Assembly: GCA_002269645.1 (NCBI GenBank)
Contig: NIVC01000447.1
Coordinates: forward strand, 1-33,369
DNA length: 33,369 nucleotides
Source of the DNA: Macrostomum lignano
Taxonomy: Eukaryota
Direction: 5' to 3'
Of this stretch, positions 1 to 10,907 are shown piece after piece. The position numbers were made by a program, and so were the translations under genes. The notes beneath the pieces were generated by a model that did no database searches, had not been told where the DNA came from, and saw only the letters and a program-made list of their open reading frames with translations. The number at the start of each line of letters is the position of its first letter. Position 1 is the stretch's first letter.

Positions 1-224
1 TATTTTGCCAACTGACAAAGTCATTGCGCTTTGCACACACGTTGAAAAGTGGGGTGGAAGTTGTTAGAATAGCACAGATTAACAGCATACCTGTATGTGA
101 AATTATCATTTGCCAAATTTCAATAAATAATTGCAGATCTCAGACCCCATAAATATTAACGGAGATGGCGAATATTTATCCAATCAAATGACTCTCTAAA
201 AGTGCAATCTTGACAAACATCTGA

Positions 225-1885
225 GTGCTCCTGACACTCATCCTGACACTCATCCTGACACAATTCTGATTTTCCTGACATTCATACTGACACCAATTCT
301 GATTTTGCTGACACTCATCCTGACACCAATTCTGATTTTGCTGACACTCATCCTGACATACCAATCATGAATTTCCTGACACTCATCCTGACACCAATTC
401 TGATTTCCCGACACTCATTCTGACACAACTTTGATTTTCCTGACATTCACCCTGACTCTCAACCTCTGGTATTGCTGACACTCATCCTGACACCGATTCT
501 GATTTTCTTGACACTCATCCTGACACCAATTATGATTTTCCTGACACTCACTCTGACACACCAATTCTGATTTTCCTGACACTCATCCTGACACCAATTC
601 TGATTTTCCTGACACTCATCCTGACACCAATTCTGATTTTGCTGACAATCATCCTGACACCGATTCTGATTTTGCTGACACTCATCCTGACACCAATTCT
701 GATTTTGCTGACACTCATCCTGACACCAATTCTGATTGTCCTGACACTCATCCTGACACACCAATTCTGATTTTCCTGACACTCATCCTGACACACCGAT
801 TCTGATTTTCCTGACACTCATCCTGACACACCGATTCTGATTTTCTTGACACTCATCCTGACACCAATTCTGATTGTCCTGACACTCATCCTGACACCAA
901 TCCTGATTGTCCTGACACCAATTCTGATTTTCCTGACACTCATCCTGACACACCAATTCTGATTTTCCTGACACTCATCCTGACACACCAATTCTGATTT
1001 TCCTGACACTCATCCTGAAACCGATTCTGATTTTCCTGACACTCATCCTGACACCGATTCTGATTTTGCTGACACTCATCCTGACCTGACACCGATTCTG
1101 ATTTTCCTGACACTCATCCTGACACCAATTCTGATTGTCCTGACACTCATCCTGACACCAATCCTGATTGTCCTGACACCAATTCTGATTTTCCTGACAC
1201 TCATCCTGAAATACCAATGATGAATTTCCTGACACTCACTCTGACACACCGATTCTGATTTTCCTGACACTCATCCTGACACCAATCCTGATTGTCCTGA
1301 CACTCATCCTGACATACCAATTCTGATTTTCCTGACACTCATCCTGACACCGATTCTGATTTTCCTGACACTCATCCTGACACCGATTCTGATTTTCCTG
1401 ACACTCATCCTGACACCGATTCTGATTTTCCTGACACTCATCCTGACACAATTCTGATTTTCCTGACATCCATCCTGCACAAATTCCGATTGTCTTGAAA
1501 CTCATCCTGACACCCGATTCTGATTTTGCTGACACTCATCCTGACACCAATTCTGATTGTCCTGACACTCATCCTGACACCAATCCTGATTGTCCTGACA
1601 CCAATTCTGATTTTCCTGACACTCATCCTGAAATACCAATGATGAATTTCCTGACACTCACTCTGACACACCGATTCTGATTTTCCTGACACTCATCCTG
1701 ACACCAATCCTGATTGTCCTGACACTCATCCTGACACACCAATTCTGATTTTCCTGACACTCATCCTGACACCGATTCTGATTGTTCTGACACATCCTGA
1801 CACACGCACTCTGGTGTTTGTGACACTTATCCCGATATTCCTGACTCTCAACCTATGATGATGTTCTTGACACTCATCCTGACAT
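225..1885. repeat. 33-bp minisatellite, consensus ctgacactcatcctgacaccaattctgattttc (three ctga-initiated subunits of 12+12+9 bp)
   Basis: Unit read directly from the sequence. The 11-aa periodic ORFs (CQDECQENQNW) confirm the 33-bp period, and frequent 2-bp indels break the frames. Confidence 0.95.
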
Positions 1886-2035
1886 TACGCTCGTAAATAT
1901 GGCGTTTTTTTAACCCAGCCTGGCATTAATTTTCGCATCACTGAACCTTTACTGACAATTCTGACAGTCTGACGTGCAAACGGACAATGTATAGCATAGT
2001 CATAAGTTTGAAAAAAAGTTCAGTTGCAAATCTGC

Positions 2036-3610
2036 TCACCTTTTGCCCTCCGTCTTGGTTTTGTCCTTGACGCTTTTCCGGCCCGAGTCGACCCCACCGC
2101 TGCCGCCGGGTCCGCCGCCAGCTGCGCCGCCGCCACCGCTGGCCTGGTCGCCGGCTCCACCGCTCGCCATCACGGGATTCTGCAGCACCTTGAGAAAGTC
2201 CTGCTGCTGCTGCTCCATCTGACGCAGCTCGGCAACCCATTGGGCTCGAGTGTCCGCGTCCACGGGGTCGAAGACGTAGACAACATTGGCTCCCGGTGTG
2301 GTGTCCGCCACGCAGAACAGCTGACCGCTGCTCTCGCCGCTGGCTTCGGGAAACTTGTAGGCCGAGAAGTGTCGCATGTTGTTCATTTTCACCTTGCTGC
2401 GGTAGATGTAGATTGTCTGCAGGCCGCTGAACTGGTCGGAGGCTGTCTTGGCTTTGCCGGACTTCTTCGCCTCGGTCACCAGCATCATCTGGTCGAACAG
2501 GAAGATCTTCCGTTGCTCAAATTTCAACTGGGACGGTGGCGGATTCGAGCTCGGGTTGTACGGACCGGGCAGGACGCCGAGTCTCACGACGCCTTTTGTC
2601 CGCATCTGGCCGAGAGCGGTGATCCGGATGCCCGGCTCCAGATTGTCGATGCGTGACGCCTCCATGATGCTCTCTGTCTTGAGCGGCAGCTCGCGCATGA
2701 TATCGCGCATTCGCTCCCAGTCGGAGAGTGCGCGGCCTTCAAGGCCGTCTTTGCGCGCCTTGTCAATCACGGTGCCAACCAGCAGGCTGTAGCGCATGCA
2801 GCGCTGCACCGGGCTCATCAGGTGAGAATTCATGTCCTCCTTGTCGCGCAGGGTCTGGCGTACCTGCTCAAAGAACTCGCGATGCTGCTCGCAGGCGATG
2901 TGCTGCGCCTTGCGATGGTTCTCGCAGTACTTGGAGTACCAGCTGGTCATGTGGCGCTCCTTGGCGATGAACACGCCGGCTACACTGTCGATGTCTGTCT
3001 GGAAGGCCTGCTTTAGTTTGGTTAGAATTTCTTCATGGCCTTCAAGCAGACGGCGCCAATTGCCCCAGATGATGCTCCACTTCTCGGCGAGGTCGGGCGG
3101 CAGTGCCGCGTCTGGATCGTCCTTCAGCGGGATGTACTTCTCCGCTATGAACCGGAGCTTGTTCACGTAGCTCTCCTCAGAGTCCACAATCTCGTAGATG
3201 GCGTGATGACGGCGAACGGTCGCTGCCGCGGCTTCGTCTCCATCGCCGCCTCCACCGCCGCCTCCGCCTCCGCCGTCGCCTCCGCTGTCGTCGCCGCCGA
3301 CATCCTCCTCGTTGGCGCTCCTACCATCGCCGCTGACCCCGTCTCCAGCCGCTGCCGGAGCTTCCGCCGTTGCAGACGCCGCCGGAAGTCCCAAGTTGCA
3401 GTTGGCCGAGGCGCCGCTAGGCGTGGTGGCACCGCCGCCTCCGGGCGTGTCGCCGTGCTGCCTAGTCAGCACCCGCTTGGCCGAGAGAATCAGCAGCTCG
3501 GACGCTTTGGCCAGAATGGACAGGCGGGACTGCAGCTGCGCCTGCGGCTGCGGCTGAGACGCCACCTCCAAGGCGGCCACATTGCAAGCGGTTGCAACTG
3601 CGGCCAGCAT
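2036..3610 (-). CDS. DH-PH Rho guanine nucleotide exchange factor, p63RhoGEF(ARHGEF25)/Trio-GEF2/Kalirin-GEF2-like (524 aa if the TGA at 2036 is used)
   Basis: DH motifs EIVDSEESYVNKL, IIWGNW, YSKYCENHRKA and HLMSPVQRCMRYSLL. PH motifs RKIFLFDQMMLVTE, YIYRSKVKM and RAQWVAELRQM. The PH extension QQDFLKVLQNPV resembles QRDFLNALQSPI of p63RhoGEF/Trio. An in-frame TAA lies upstream of the ATG at 3610. The N-terminus is low-complexity Gly/Ala/Asp. Confidence 0.9.
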   Translation of the reverse strand: MLAAVATACNVAALEVASQPQPQAQLQSRLSILAKASELLILSAKRVLTRQHGDTPGGGGATTPSGASANCNLGLPAASATAEAPAAAGDGVSGDGRSANEEDVGGDDSGGDGGGGGGGGGGDGDEAAAATVRRHHAIYEIVDSEESYVNKLRFIAEKYIPLKDDPDAALPPDLAEKWSIIWGNWRRLLEGHEEILTKLKQAFQTDIDSVAGVFIAKERHMTSWYSKYCENHRKAQHIACEQHREFFEQVRQTLRDKEDMNSHLMSPVQRCMRYSLLVGTVIDKARKDGLEGRALSDWERMRDIMRELPLKTESIMEASRIDNLEPGIRITALGQMRTKGVVRLGVLPGPYNPSSNPPPSQLKFEQRKIFLFDQMMLVTEAKKSGKAKTASDQFSGLQTIYIYRSKVKMNNMRHFSAYKFPEASGESSGQLFCVADTTPGANVVYVFDPVDADTRAQWVAELRQMEQQQQDFLKVLQNPVMASGGAGDQASGGGGAAGGGPGGSGGVDSGRKSVKDKTKTEGKR

Positions 3611-3645
3611 AACTTCCGAGGCGCCGTCGCGTTCGACAAGACAGT

Positions 3646-4507
3646 CTGATTCTGCCCGGGGCGGTTAGGCCAACAAAACTGTTGAGTGTCGAACAGTTTG
3701 CAAGTGAAAAGCAAATTATTTTTGTTATGCTGCTCTAATATTTCTCTCTGAGATGAGCAGGGTGGAGTTGTTTTCACTTCCGGTTTGGGAAATTTTATAT
3801 CTCTAGCCAATAAGCCATTAGAAGCCTTGCTAACGCTTTAAAATATTACTGTTTATATTATTATGGTTAGTATGATTCTACTAATACTCCTGGTTCGAGC
3901 TATTGTATATATACTAGGGGTAACTATTAATAAACTATGGCCAGTGTGCGTTTTACCCAGCTCGCTATCTAACTGTTTTAATTGTCTGGCCTCTGCGGCC
4001 CCTTCCCTCCTCGTTTTATCGGCTCTGTGCCTTTCTGAACACTCTCTCTCCCTTTCTTACCCCGCACGCCGATCGCGCCCAACGTGCATTGCTGAAATCC
4101 CCGGTCTATGTACATCTAGCTTGACCCAATGTACATACCTGCCCTTGCAGCTTAAATTGGCAGAAAATATATCTTATCACTAAAGTGGACTGACTGACTG
4201 GAACTGCACTGCACTGCAATTGCCACAATAACCGAAAAACTAAGGATAAGTACAATATTTTTTAAATTATATATTCACACTATGTCAATATTTTTTACTT
4301 TATTCTGAAGTTCAATCTGAGATCAAGTTTAAAATCCAAAATCTGTCCATATCTAAAACCAACTGCATCTGAAATCCGCACCCCCAAATCTGCAACCAAC
4401 TGCATCCCAAACCCCCCTCCCAAATCTAAAACTATACCTGCATCTTAAATCCGCCCCCAGGATTTCAAATCCGCCCCAAATACGAACCGAATCAAAAATT
4501 GACTCAC
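3646..4507 (-). other. Probable 5'-UTR intron of the RhoGEF gene
   Basis: Donor AAG|GTGAGT at 4507-4502 and acceptor aatcAG at 3647-3646, with a CTAAC branch-point match at 3668-3664. The upstream exon has an in-frame stop and no ATG after it, so it is non-coding. Confidence 0.55.
4330..4485. repeat. Degenerate C-rich tandem repeat (about 37 bp, ccaactgcatc...aaatccgc...ccaaatc)
   Basis: Three to four recognisable but diverged copies inside the putative 5'-UTR intron. Confidence 0.5.
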
Positions 4508-5964
4508 CTTGTGAAAGCCTCAGAAGATTTGAATGTCAGCACAATCGCTCAGCAAGAATCTCGACAAGAAGATATCCTCTCTCTCTCCAAAAACCTTGTC
4601 TCTGCTCTCGATCCCCTTTCACCCCAAACTGCAGCTTCACTTAGGTTATCAAAATTTATCAGCTAAAAACACTGCAACTGGCCCGTATCCAACGCTCTTC
4701 CTCTCCGTGTCAGAGAATGCCTTCGACAGACACTGAATGGACGGCTGCTGCTGCTGCTGCTGCTTTTTCGACTCAGAAAAACACAACGTACTGACTGCTG
4801 CCGCTCTTGCTCTCTCTCTCCCCTTTGCGCTGACACACAGACACACACTCTGGGAGCGGGGGGAAGGCGCACACAGAGGGAGAGCTGCCCTCACTCACTC
4901 TCTCGCCTTGCTCGATCAACCGTCAGTGCATATAGGCCTCTGATCAGCTTTGGCCAACAAATCCGCGACTACCGCGAGCTCAACTCAACCTCGTTCCTCT
5001 CTCCTGCTCCCATTTCTGCTCTTGGCCTGATACTCACCGACCCACCCACCCTCCAGTGTTGAAGCATTTTGCTCCCCAAACCCCCCAGACACCGTCCGTG
5101 CGCTCCCCGCGAGCTCTCAAATAGAGAAAAAACGCGCGCCCCCAAGCCGCCTGCACGAGAAGAGTACGAGCTCAAAAGTTCGGTTGTCGATCTTGCTCTC
5201 TTCCCCTCGTCAACTCTCTCCAACTCTTCCCCCCCTCCACTGCACAGGCCTTGGGGAAGAAAATTTGGAGCAGCGCGTACAGGAGGCAAACAGATTTGGG
5301 ATGAAAAACAAGGGGACTTATAGCAGTTTTTGAACACTGAGCGGCTGGGGAAGGGTAGGAATTAGAAGCCGAGAATAGAAATCCACTGCGATAGAGACCA
5401 ACTCCCATCTCTAGCCAAATTTGGACTATATGGCAGATTCCTCACTCCCCCACTCTTAGCCGTGCACCTCCTATAAGCCCCCCCCCCGAATCCCATTGGG
5501 CAAAGGCGAGAAAGATGCAGCAGAGCAGGGCAGGTTTTGGGCGAGATTGAACAGTCTGCAAGGCTCGTGTATGTATGCATATAGAAGGCATATATATGCA
5601 TACAATTGGAAAAGTACACAAGTCCTCGCCGGGAGCGGCTGGCCATGGGCATGGCATATAGACTCTTTGGGCCAACAACGCTCTCTCGCGGCATTGAATT
5701 AGCGACAGGATTCTGGACTCTGCTCCTCCCCTTCTGATCATTCCTTATCTTGATATCGCTATCTCCCCCCTTTCCCTTACTTCGATCTCTTGTCGCACTT
5801 TCGCTTTGAGCCAGATCGCCCACGCATTACAGTGTAGCTTCATTAAAAACATAGCTATCAAATGCAAAATTGGCTGCTGTAATTAGTCCCTGTGAGAATG
5901 TTCTCTTTTAGTCTCCTATCTTCTTTTCTTGAGTCTTTTTTTAACAATTTAAAAAGGTTAAGTG

Positions 5965-6845
5965 TCCAAATGATTTCAAAAGCATGCCTGTAGGTTTCAC
6001 AACGTGTCAAAATGATTTCAAAAGCTCGGTTGTTGATTTCACAGTGTCAAAATGATTTCAAAAGCATGACTGTAGTTTCACAAAGTGAGAAAATGATTTC
6101 AAAAGCATGATAGATAGTAGGTTTCACAAAGTGTCAAAATTATTTCAAAAGCATGGTTGTAGGTTTTACAAAGTGACAAAATGATTTCAAAAGCTCGGTT
6201 GTTGATTTCACAGTGTCAAAATGATTTCAAAAGCATGACTGTAGTTTCACAAAGTGAGAAAATGATTTCAAAAGCATGATAGATAGTAGGTTTCACAAAG
6301 TGTCAAAATTATTTCAAAAGCATGGTTGTAGGTTTTACAAAGTGACAAAATGATTTCAAAAGCATGACTGTAGTTTCACAAAGTGAGAAAATGATTTCAA
6401 AACCATGACTGTAGGTTTCACAAAGTGTCAAAATAATTTCAAAAGCATGATGATAGATAGTAGGTTTCACAAAGTGTCAAAATTATTTCAAAAGCATGAC
6501 TGTAGGTTTCAGTGTCAAATGATTTCAAAAGCATGGCTGTAGGTTTTACAAAGTGACAAAATGATTTCAAAAGCTCGGTTGTCGGTTTCACAAAGTGACA
6601 AAAAGATTTCAAAAGCTCGGTTGTCGGTTTCACAAGGTGTCAAAATGATTTCAAAAGCTCGGTTGTCGGTTTCACAAGGTGTCAAAATGATTTCAAAAGC
6701 TCGGTTGTCGGTTTCACAAGGTGTCAAAATGATTTCAAAAGCTCGGTTGTCGGTTTCACAAAGTGACAAAATGATTTCAAAAGCTCGGTTGTTGATTTCA
6801 CAGTGTCAAAATGATTTCAAAAGCTCTGTTGTCGGTTTCACAAAG
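5965..6845. repeat. 42-bp minisatellite, consensus caaaatgatttcaaaagcatgactgtaggtttcacaaagtgt (variant ...agctcggttgtcggtttcacaaggtgt)
   Basis: About 21 copies. The 14-aa periodic ORFs (MISKARLSVSQGVK) confirm the 42-bp period. Confidence 0.95.
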
Positions 6846-7054
6846 AAGGCTAATTTTCGTGCACACTGCAAAGCCCCAAAGAAGCGTCATTTTACCATAG
6901 ACTAAAAAGTCGAGAGTGATCAAGCCGAAATATGAACTTGGACAGAAACTAATTCAGCTTACAGAATTTCTAGTAGATTACTAGCTAAACACGAGAGCAC
7001 TCTTGAGCATTATTAGCTAAGACTTCTACAAAGAAACAGACGCCAAGAACTACA

Positions 7055-7247
7055 ATGTCAATCGTTGCTGGAATCCAAACCGATTTAAACTTTGAATCGT
7101 CGCGTCTGCTGGAGCAGCTGCTAGACGAGCTGACTGACATTCTGTTGAACTGCACAGACCCGAGCGAACGTCAGCAGCGAGTCGATGCCATAATCACTAG
7201 ACTGGGCACCCTACACGCCAACATCATCTACGTGCTCAAGGAGTCAA
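7055..7247 (+). CDS. Exon 1 of a candidate small helical protein (MSIVAGIQTDLNFESSRLLEQLLDELTDILLNCTDPSERQQRVDAIITRLGTLHANIIYVLKES...)
   Basis: ATG has A at -3 (acaATG). The ORF is non-repetitive and richer in GC than its AT-rich flanks, and it ends at the donor AA|GTAAGC (7248-7253), phase 1. Confidence 0.55.
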
Positions 7248-7341
7248 GTAAGCTAGCGTTGTATTCAAACTGATTCAGTTTCTTTTAGATGCAGTCAATT
7301 ATTTTACAAAGGAAAACCTTTCATAAATTGTTTTTATACAG

Positions 7342-7370
7342 AACGCGTCACCAATCTGCTGGGTTTCTAA
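7342..7370 (+). CDS. Candidate exon 2 of the small protein (K-RVTNLLGF-stop, 73 aa total); an alternative acceptor at 7287-7288 gives NAVNYFTKENLS-stop
   Basis: Acceptor tttttatacAG at 7340-7341, TAA at 7368-7370, and AATAAA signals about 110 nt downstream. Confidence 0.4.
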
Positions 7371-7476
7371 CTAGCAAGGTAATCCAGTCCAGTCCAACTA
7401 TGTTTTAAAACCGACTGAACCAAAAAGCAACAAGCAATTTCTGTTGGCCTATATTTCCTATGGACTTTTTTTCTGA

Positions 7477-7493
7477 AATAAAATCGAAATAAA
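7477..7493 (+). terminator. Two polyadenylation signals (AATAAA) for the candidate small gene
   Basis: AATAAA at 7477-7482 and 7488-7493. Confidence 0.45.
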
Positions 7494-7704
7494 CTACCGC
7501 GACTCGGCGGTGCCGTGCCTGAATGAAGGATGTTTTGCGCAGTTGCTTGAATCGGTTAAGTACATTTATAACTGTTCTAACATTTAGAAACGGTTTGGAA
7601 GATCTATTTTGATATTTTTAATATTACTAATATTTACTAATACTTCAGTGCCCTCAATATAACCCTTGTTCGTGCGATTCCACTTGAGCTTAGAGTCCTT
7701 TTTC

Positions 7705-8880
7705 ATGTGAGAAATACCCCCCCTCTTAGAATGATAATCTGCCATCTGAGAAATACCCCTTAGAATGATAATCTGCCATCTGAGAAATACCCCTTAGAAT
7801 GATAATCTGCCATCTGAGAAATACCCCTTAGAATGATAATCTGCCATCTGAGAAATACCCCTTAGAATGATAATCTGCCATCTGAGAAATACCCCTTAGA
7901 ATGATAATCTGCCATCTGAGAAATACCCCTTAGAATGATAATCTGCCATCTGAGAAATACCCCCCCTCTTAGAATGATAATCTGCCATCTGAGAAATACC
8001 CCACCCTTAGAATGATAATCTGCCATCTGAGAAATACCCCTTAGAATGATAATCTGCCATCTGAGAAATACCCCTTAGAATGATAATCTGCCATCTGAGA
8101 AATACCCCTTAGAATGATAATCTGCCATCTAAGAAATACCCCACCCCTAGAATGATAATCTGCCATCTGAGAAACACCCCACCCCTAGAATGATAATCTG
8201 CCATCTGAGAAATACCCCTTAGAATGATAATCTGCCATCTGAGAAATACCCCTTAGAATGATAATCTACCATCTGAGAAATACCCCTTAGAATGATAATC
8301 TGCCATCTGAGAAATACCCCACCCCTAGAATGATAATCTGCCATCTGAGAAACACCCCACCCTAGAATGATAATCTGCCATCTGAGAAATACCCCTTAGA
8401 ATGATAATCTACCATCTGAGAAATACCCCTTAGAATGATAATCTGCCATCTGAGAAATACCCCTTAGAATGATAATCTGCCATCTGAGAAATACCCCTTA
8501 GAATGATAATCTGCCATCTGAGAAACACCCCACCCTTAGAATGATAATCTGCCATCTGAGAAACACCCCACCCCTAGAATGATAATCTGCCATCTGAGAA
8601 ATACCCCTTAGAATGATAATCTGCCATCTGAGAAATACCCCTTAGAATGATAATCTGCCATCTGAGAAATACCCCACCCCTAGAATGATAATCTGCCATC
8701 TGAGAAACACCCCACCCTTAGAATGATAATCTGCCATCTGAGAAACACCCCACCCCTAGAATGATAATCTGCCATCTGAGAAATACCCCTTAGGGCTTAG
8801 AATGATAATCTGCCATCTGAGAAATACCCCTTAGAATGATAATCTACCATCTGAGAAATACCCCTTAGAATGATAATCCT
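7705..8880. repeat. 34-bp minisatellite gagaaataccccttagaatgataatctgccatct
   Basis: About 33 near-identical copies. Variation is mostly limited to the C-run (cccc, ccccaccc). Confidence 0.97.
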
Positions 8881-9715
8881 CTCAGGTCCCCTTACAGACA
8901 TAGTTCTCAACCTGCAAAATTCTTCATAAGTGCCCTACTTGCATATTTCATACAATTCCCTAGGAGTCGTGAGTAATCTCGCTCGCGAAAAAATCTGACA
9001 AAAAACAGACAAGACTTCAATAGCGCTGAATTGTTGGCAAAGAAGCTACAAAAATCATATCAGAACCATCGGAGTTAATCATGCAGAAACAGTGTATTAT
9101 AATAATCAAAAAAATTGTATTCATTATGATATATGATTTATTTCTACCGTCAAAGATGTATAAAAAGCGCTTAAATACTACTAACATTAGTATTTTAATG
9201 AGCTAATAACGACCAACCTTAATATAATAAACATTCAGTGCAAAGCTATGCATAATAACAAAACTTATTTATGTGCGTATAAAATGTAAAATACTCTGAT
9301 AGCACAAAATACTACTGCAAGTAGTACTGAAGCACTGTGTTAAGTAGGTAAGTAGTATGACAACTTTAAAACCAATTTATTTTTTAAAAAATAGGCAAAA
9401 AAGCTTATTGGAATTGTAAAGCTACATGTTAATTGGCGTACTCGAACAATCAAAAGTACACATTGACCTATGATAAAAGCATGAATAAAAAAATTCAACA
9501 AGCGCAGTAATCACAGCCTATGTTTAATATGAATAATTTATGGTTCGGTTTCACTAGCTAGTTTAAAGCAAAACTTTAACAACCCTTAGAAGTTAACAGC
9601 ATTGGAAAACTGAAGTTATTCAAAGTTTAAAATACTTATAGCAAGGATAAAATTGTTTGCCTGGTTAAAAATGGCTTGAAATTCACTACAGTTGCTTTTA
9701 AACGTTTGGAAAGAG

Positions 9716-9789
9716 ACAGGCAGACAGACAGACAGACAGACAGACACTAAGACACTAAGACAGACAGACAGACAGACAGACAGACACTA

Positions 9790-9830
<41 letters not shown>

Positions 9831-9873
9831 CTAAGACACTAAGACAGACAGACAGACAGACAGACAGACACTA

Positions 9874-9910
<37 letters not shown>

Positions 9911-10073
9911 CTAAGACACTAAGACAGACAGACAGACAGACACTAAGACACTAAGACAGACAGACAGACAGACAGACACTAAGACACTAAGACAGACAGA
10001 CAGACAGACAGACAGACACTAAGACACTAAGACAGACAGACAGACAGACACTAAGACACTAAGACAGACAGAC

Positions 10074-10110
<37 letters not shown>

Positions 10111-10203
10111 CTAAGACAGACAGACAGATAGACAGGCAGACAGACAGACAGACAGACAGACGGACACAGACAGACAGACAGATAGACAGGCAGATAGACA
10201 GAC

Positions 10204-10259
<56 letters not shown>

Positions 10260-10398
10260 TACAGACAGACAGACAGACAGACAGATAGACAGGCAGACAG
10301 GCAGGCAGACAGACAGACAGACAGATAGACAGACAGACAGACGGACACAGACAGACGGACACAGACAGACAGACAGATAGACAGGCAGATAGACAGAC

Positions 10399-10445
<47 letters not shown>

Positions 10446-10512
10446 GGACAGACGGACAGACAGACAGACAGACGGACAGACAGACAGATAGATAGACAGA
10501 CATACATACAGA
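9716..10512. repeat. (AGAC)n microsatellite interrupted by CACTAAGA units
   Basis: Direct reading. The CACTAAGA interruptions are concentrated in 9745-10112, while the distal part has atag, ggca and cgga variants. Confidence 0.97.
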
Positions 10513-10901
10513 CCGACAAGAGTTTGAATTGAAGCATAATCAGCGTACTAACCGCTGTCAACTCAGCTTAACTTGAGAATGCTCAGAGATAAGATAAGCT
10601 TGGCAACTGCGGCTTGGCATTGCTTGAAAAATTGGATAATTTAATTTTTAAAAATAAACGAACGATAGGCAAAACTATTGAAACAAACATTTGAAATGAT
10701 ATTAGAAAATCTCTAGAATAAAAACGCGCATATCTAGCACACCCGTTACTACATGCACGAAGCGCCATCGCAATCAGGTAAAAAAACCAGACAAAAAGTT
10801 TTTAGAATGGCAAAACGAGAAAGACTCAATGAGTATAAAGCCACGGGCTCATGACCTATTCATCAAGGAAGCATTCCATGTCAGATATATAAGACAACAT
10901 A

Positions 10902-10907
10902 TTTATT
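10902..10907 (-). terminator. Candidate DIP2 polyadenylation signal (AATAAA on the minus strand)
   Basis: tttatt on the plus strand about 810 nt past the DIP2 stop. It is the first canonical hexamer I noticed after the 28-bp array. Confidence 0.3.

Noticed and set aside
176-1692. Cys/Gln-rich ORFs (CQDECQENQNW)n resembling a repetitive secreted protein
   Set aside because: They are translations of the 33-bp array. The frames break repeatedly through 2-bp indels, and there is no unique N-terminus or signal peptide.
2036-3610. Idea that the RhoGEF is a retrocopy because its DH-PH region is intronless
   Set aside because: No poly(A) remnant or target-site duplication is visible, there are probable introns at both ends, and the DIP2 exons here are also large.
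1938-3810. Several ORFs overlapping the RhoGEF on the other strand or in other frames (e.g. 2024-2656 +, 3035-3649 +)
   Set aside because: These are expected shadow ORFs of GC-rich coding DNA, with no recognisable motifs.
4533-5823. Short ORFs in the RhoGEF upstream region
   Set aside because: No homology recognised and low-complexity composition. They are better explained as UTR/promoter sequence.
7705-8880. 34-bp repeats of CRISPR-like length
   Set aside because: The repeats are directly adjacent with no unique spacers, there are no cas genes, and the context is eukaryotic.
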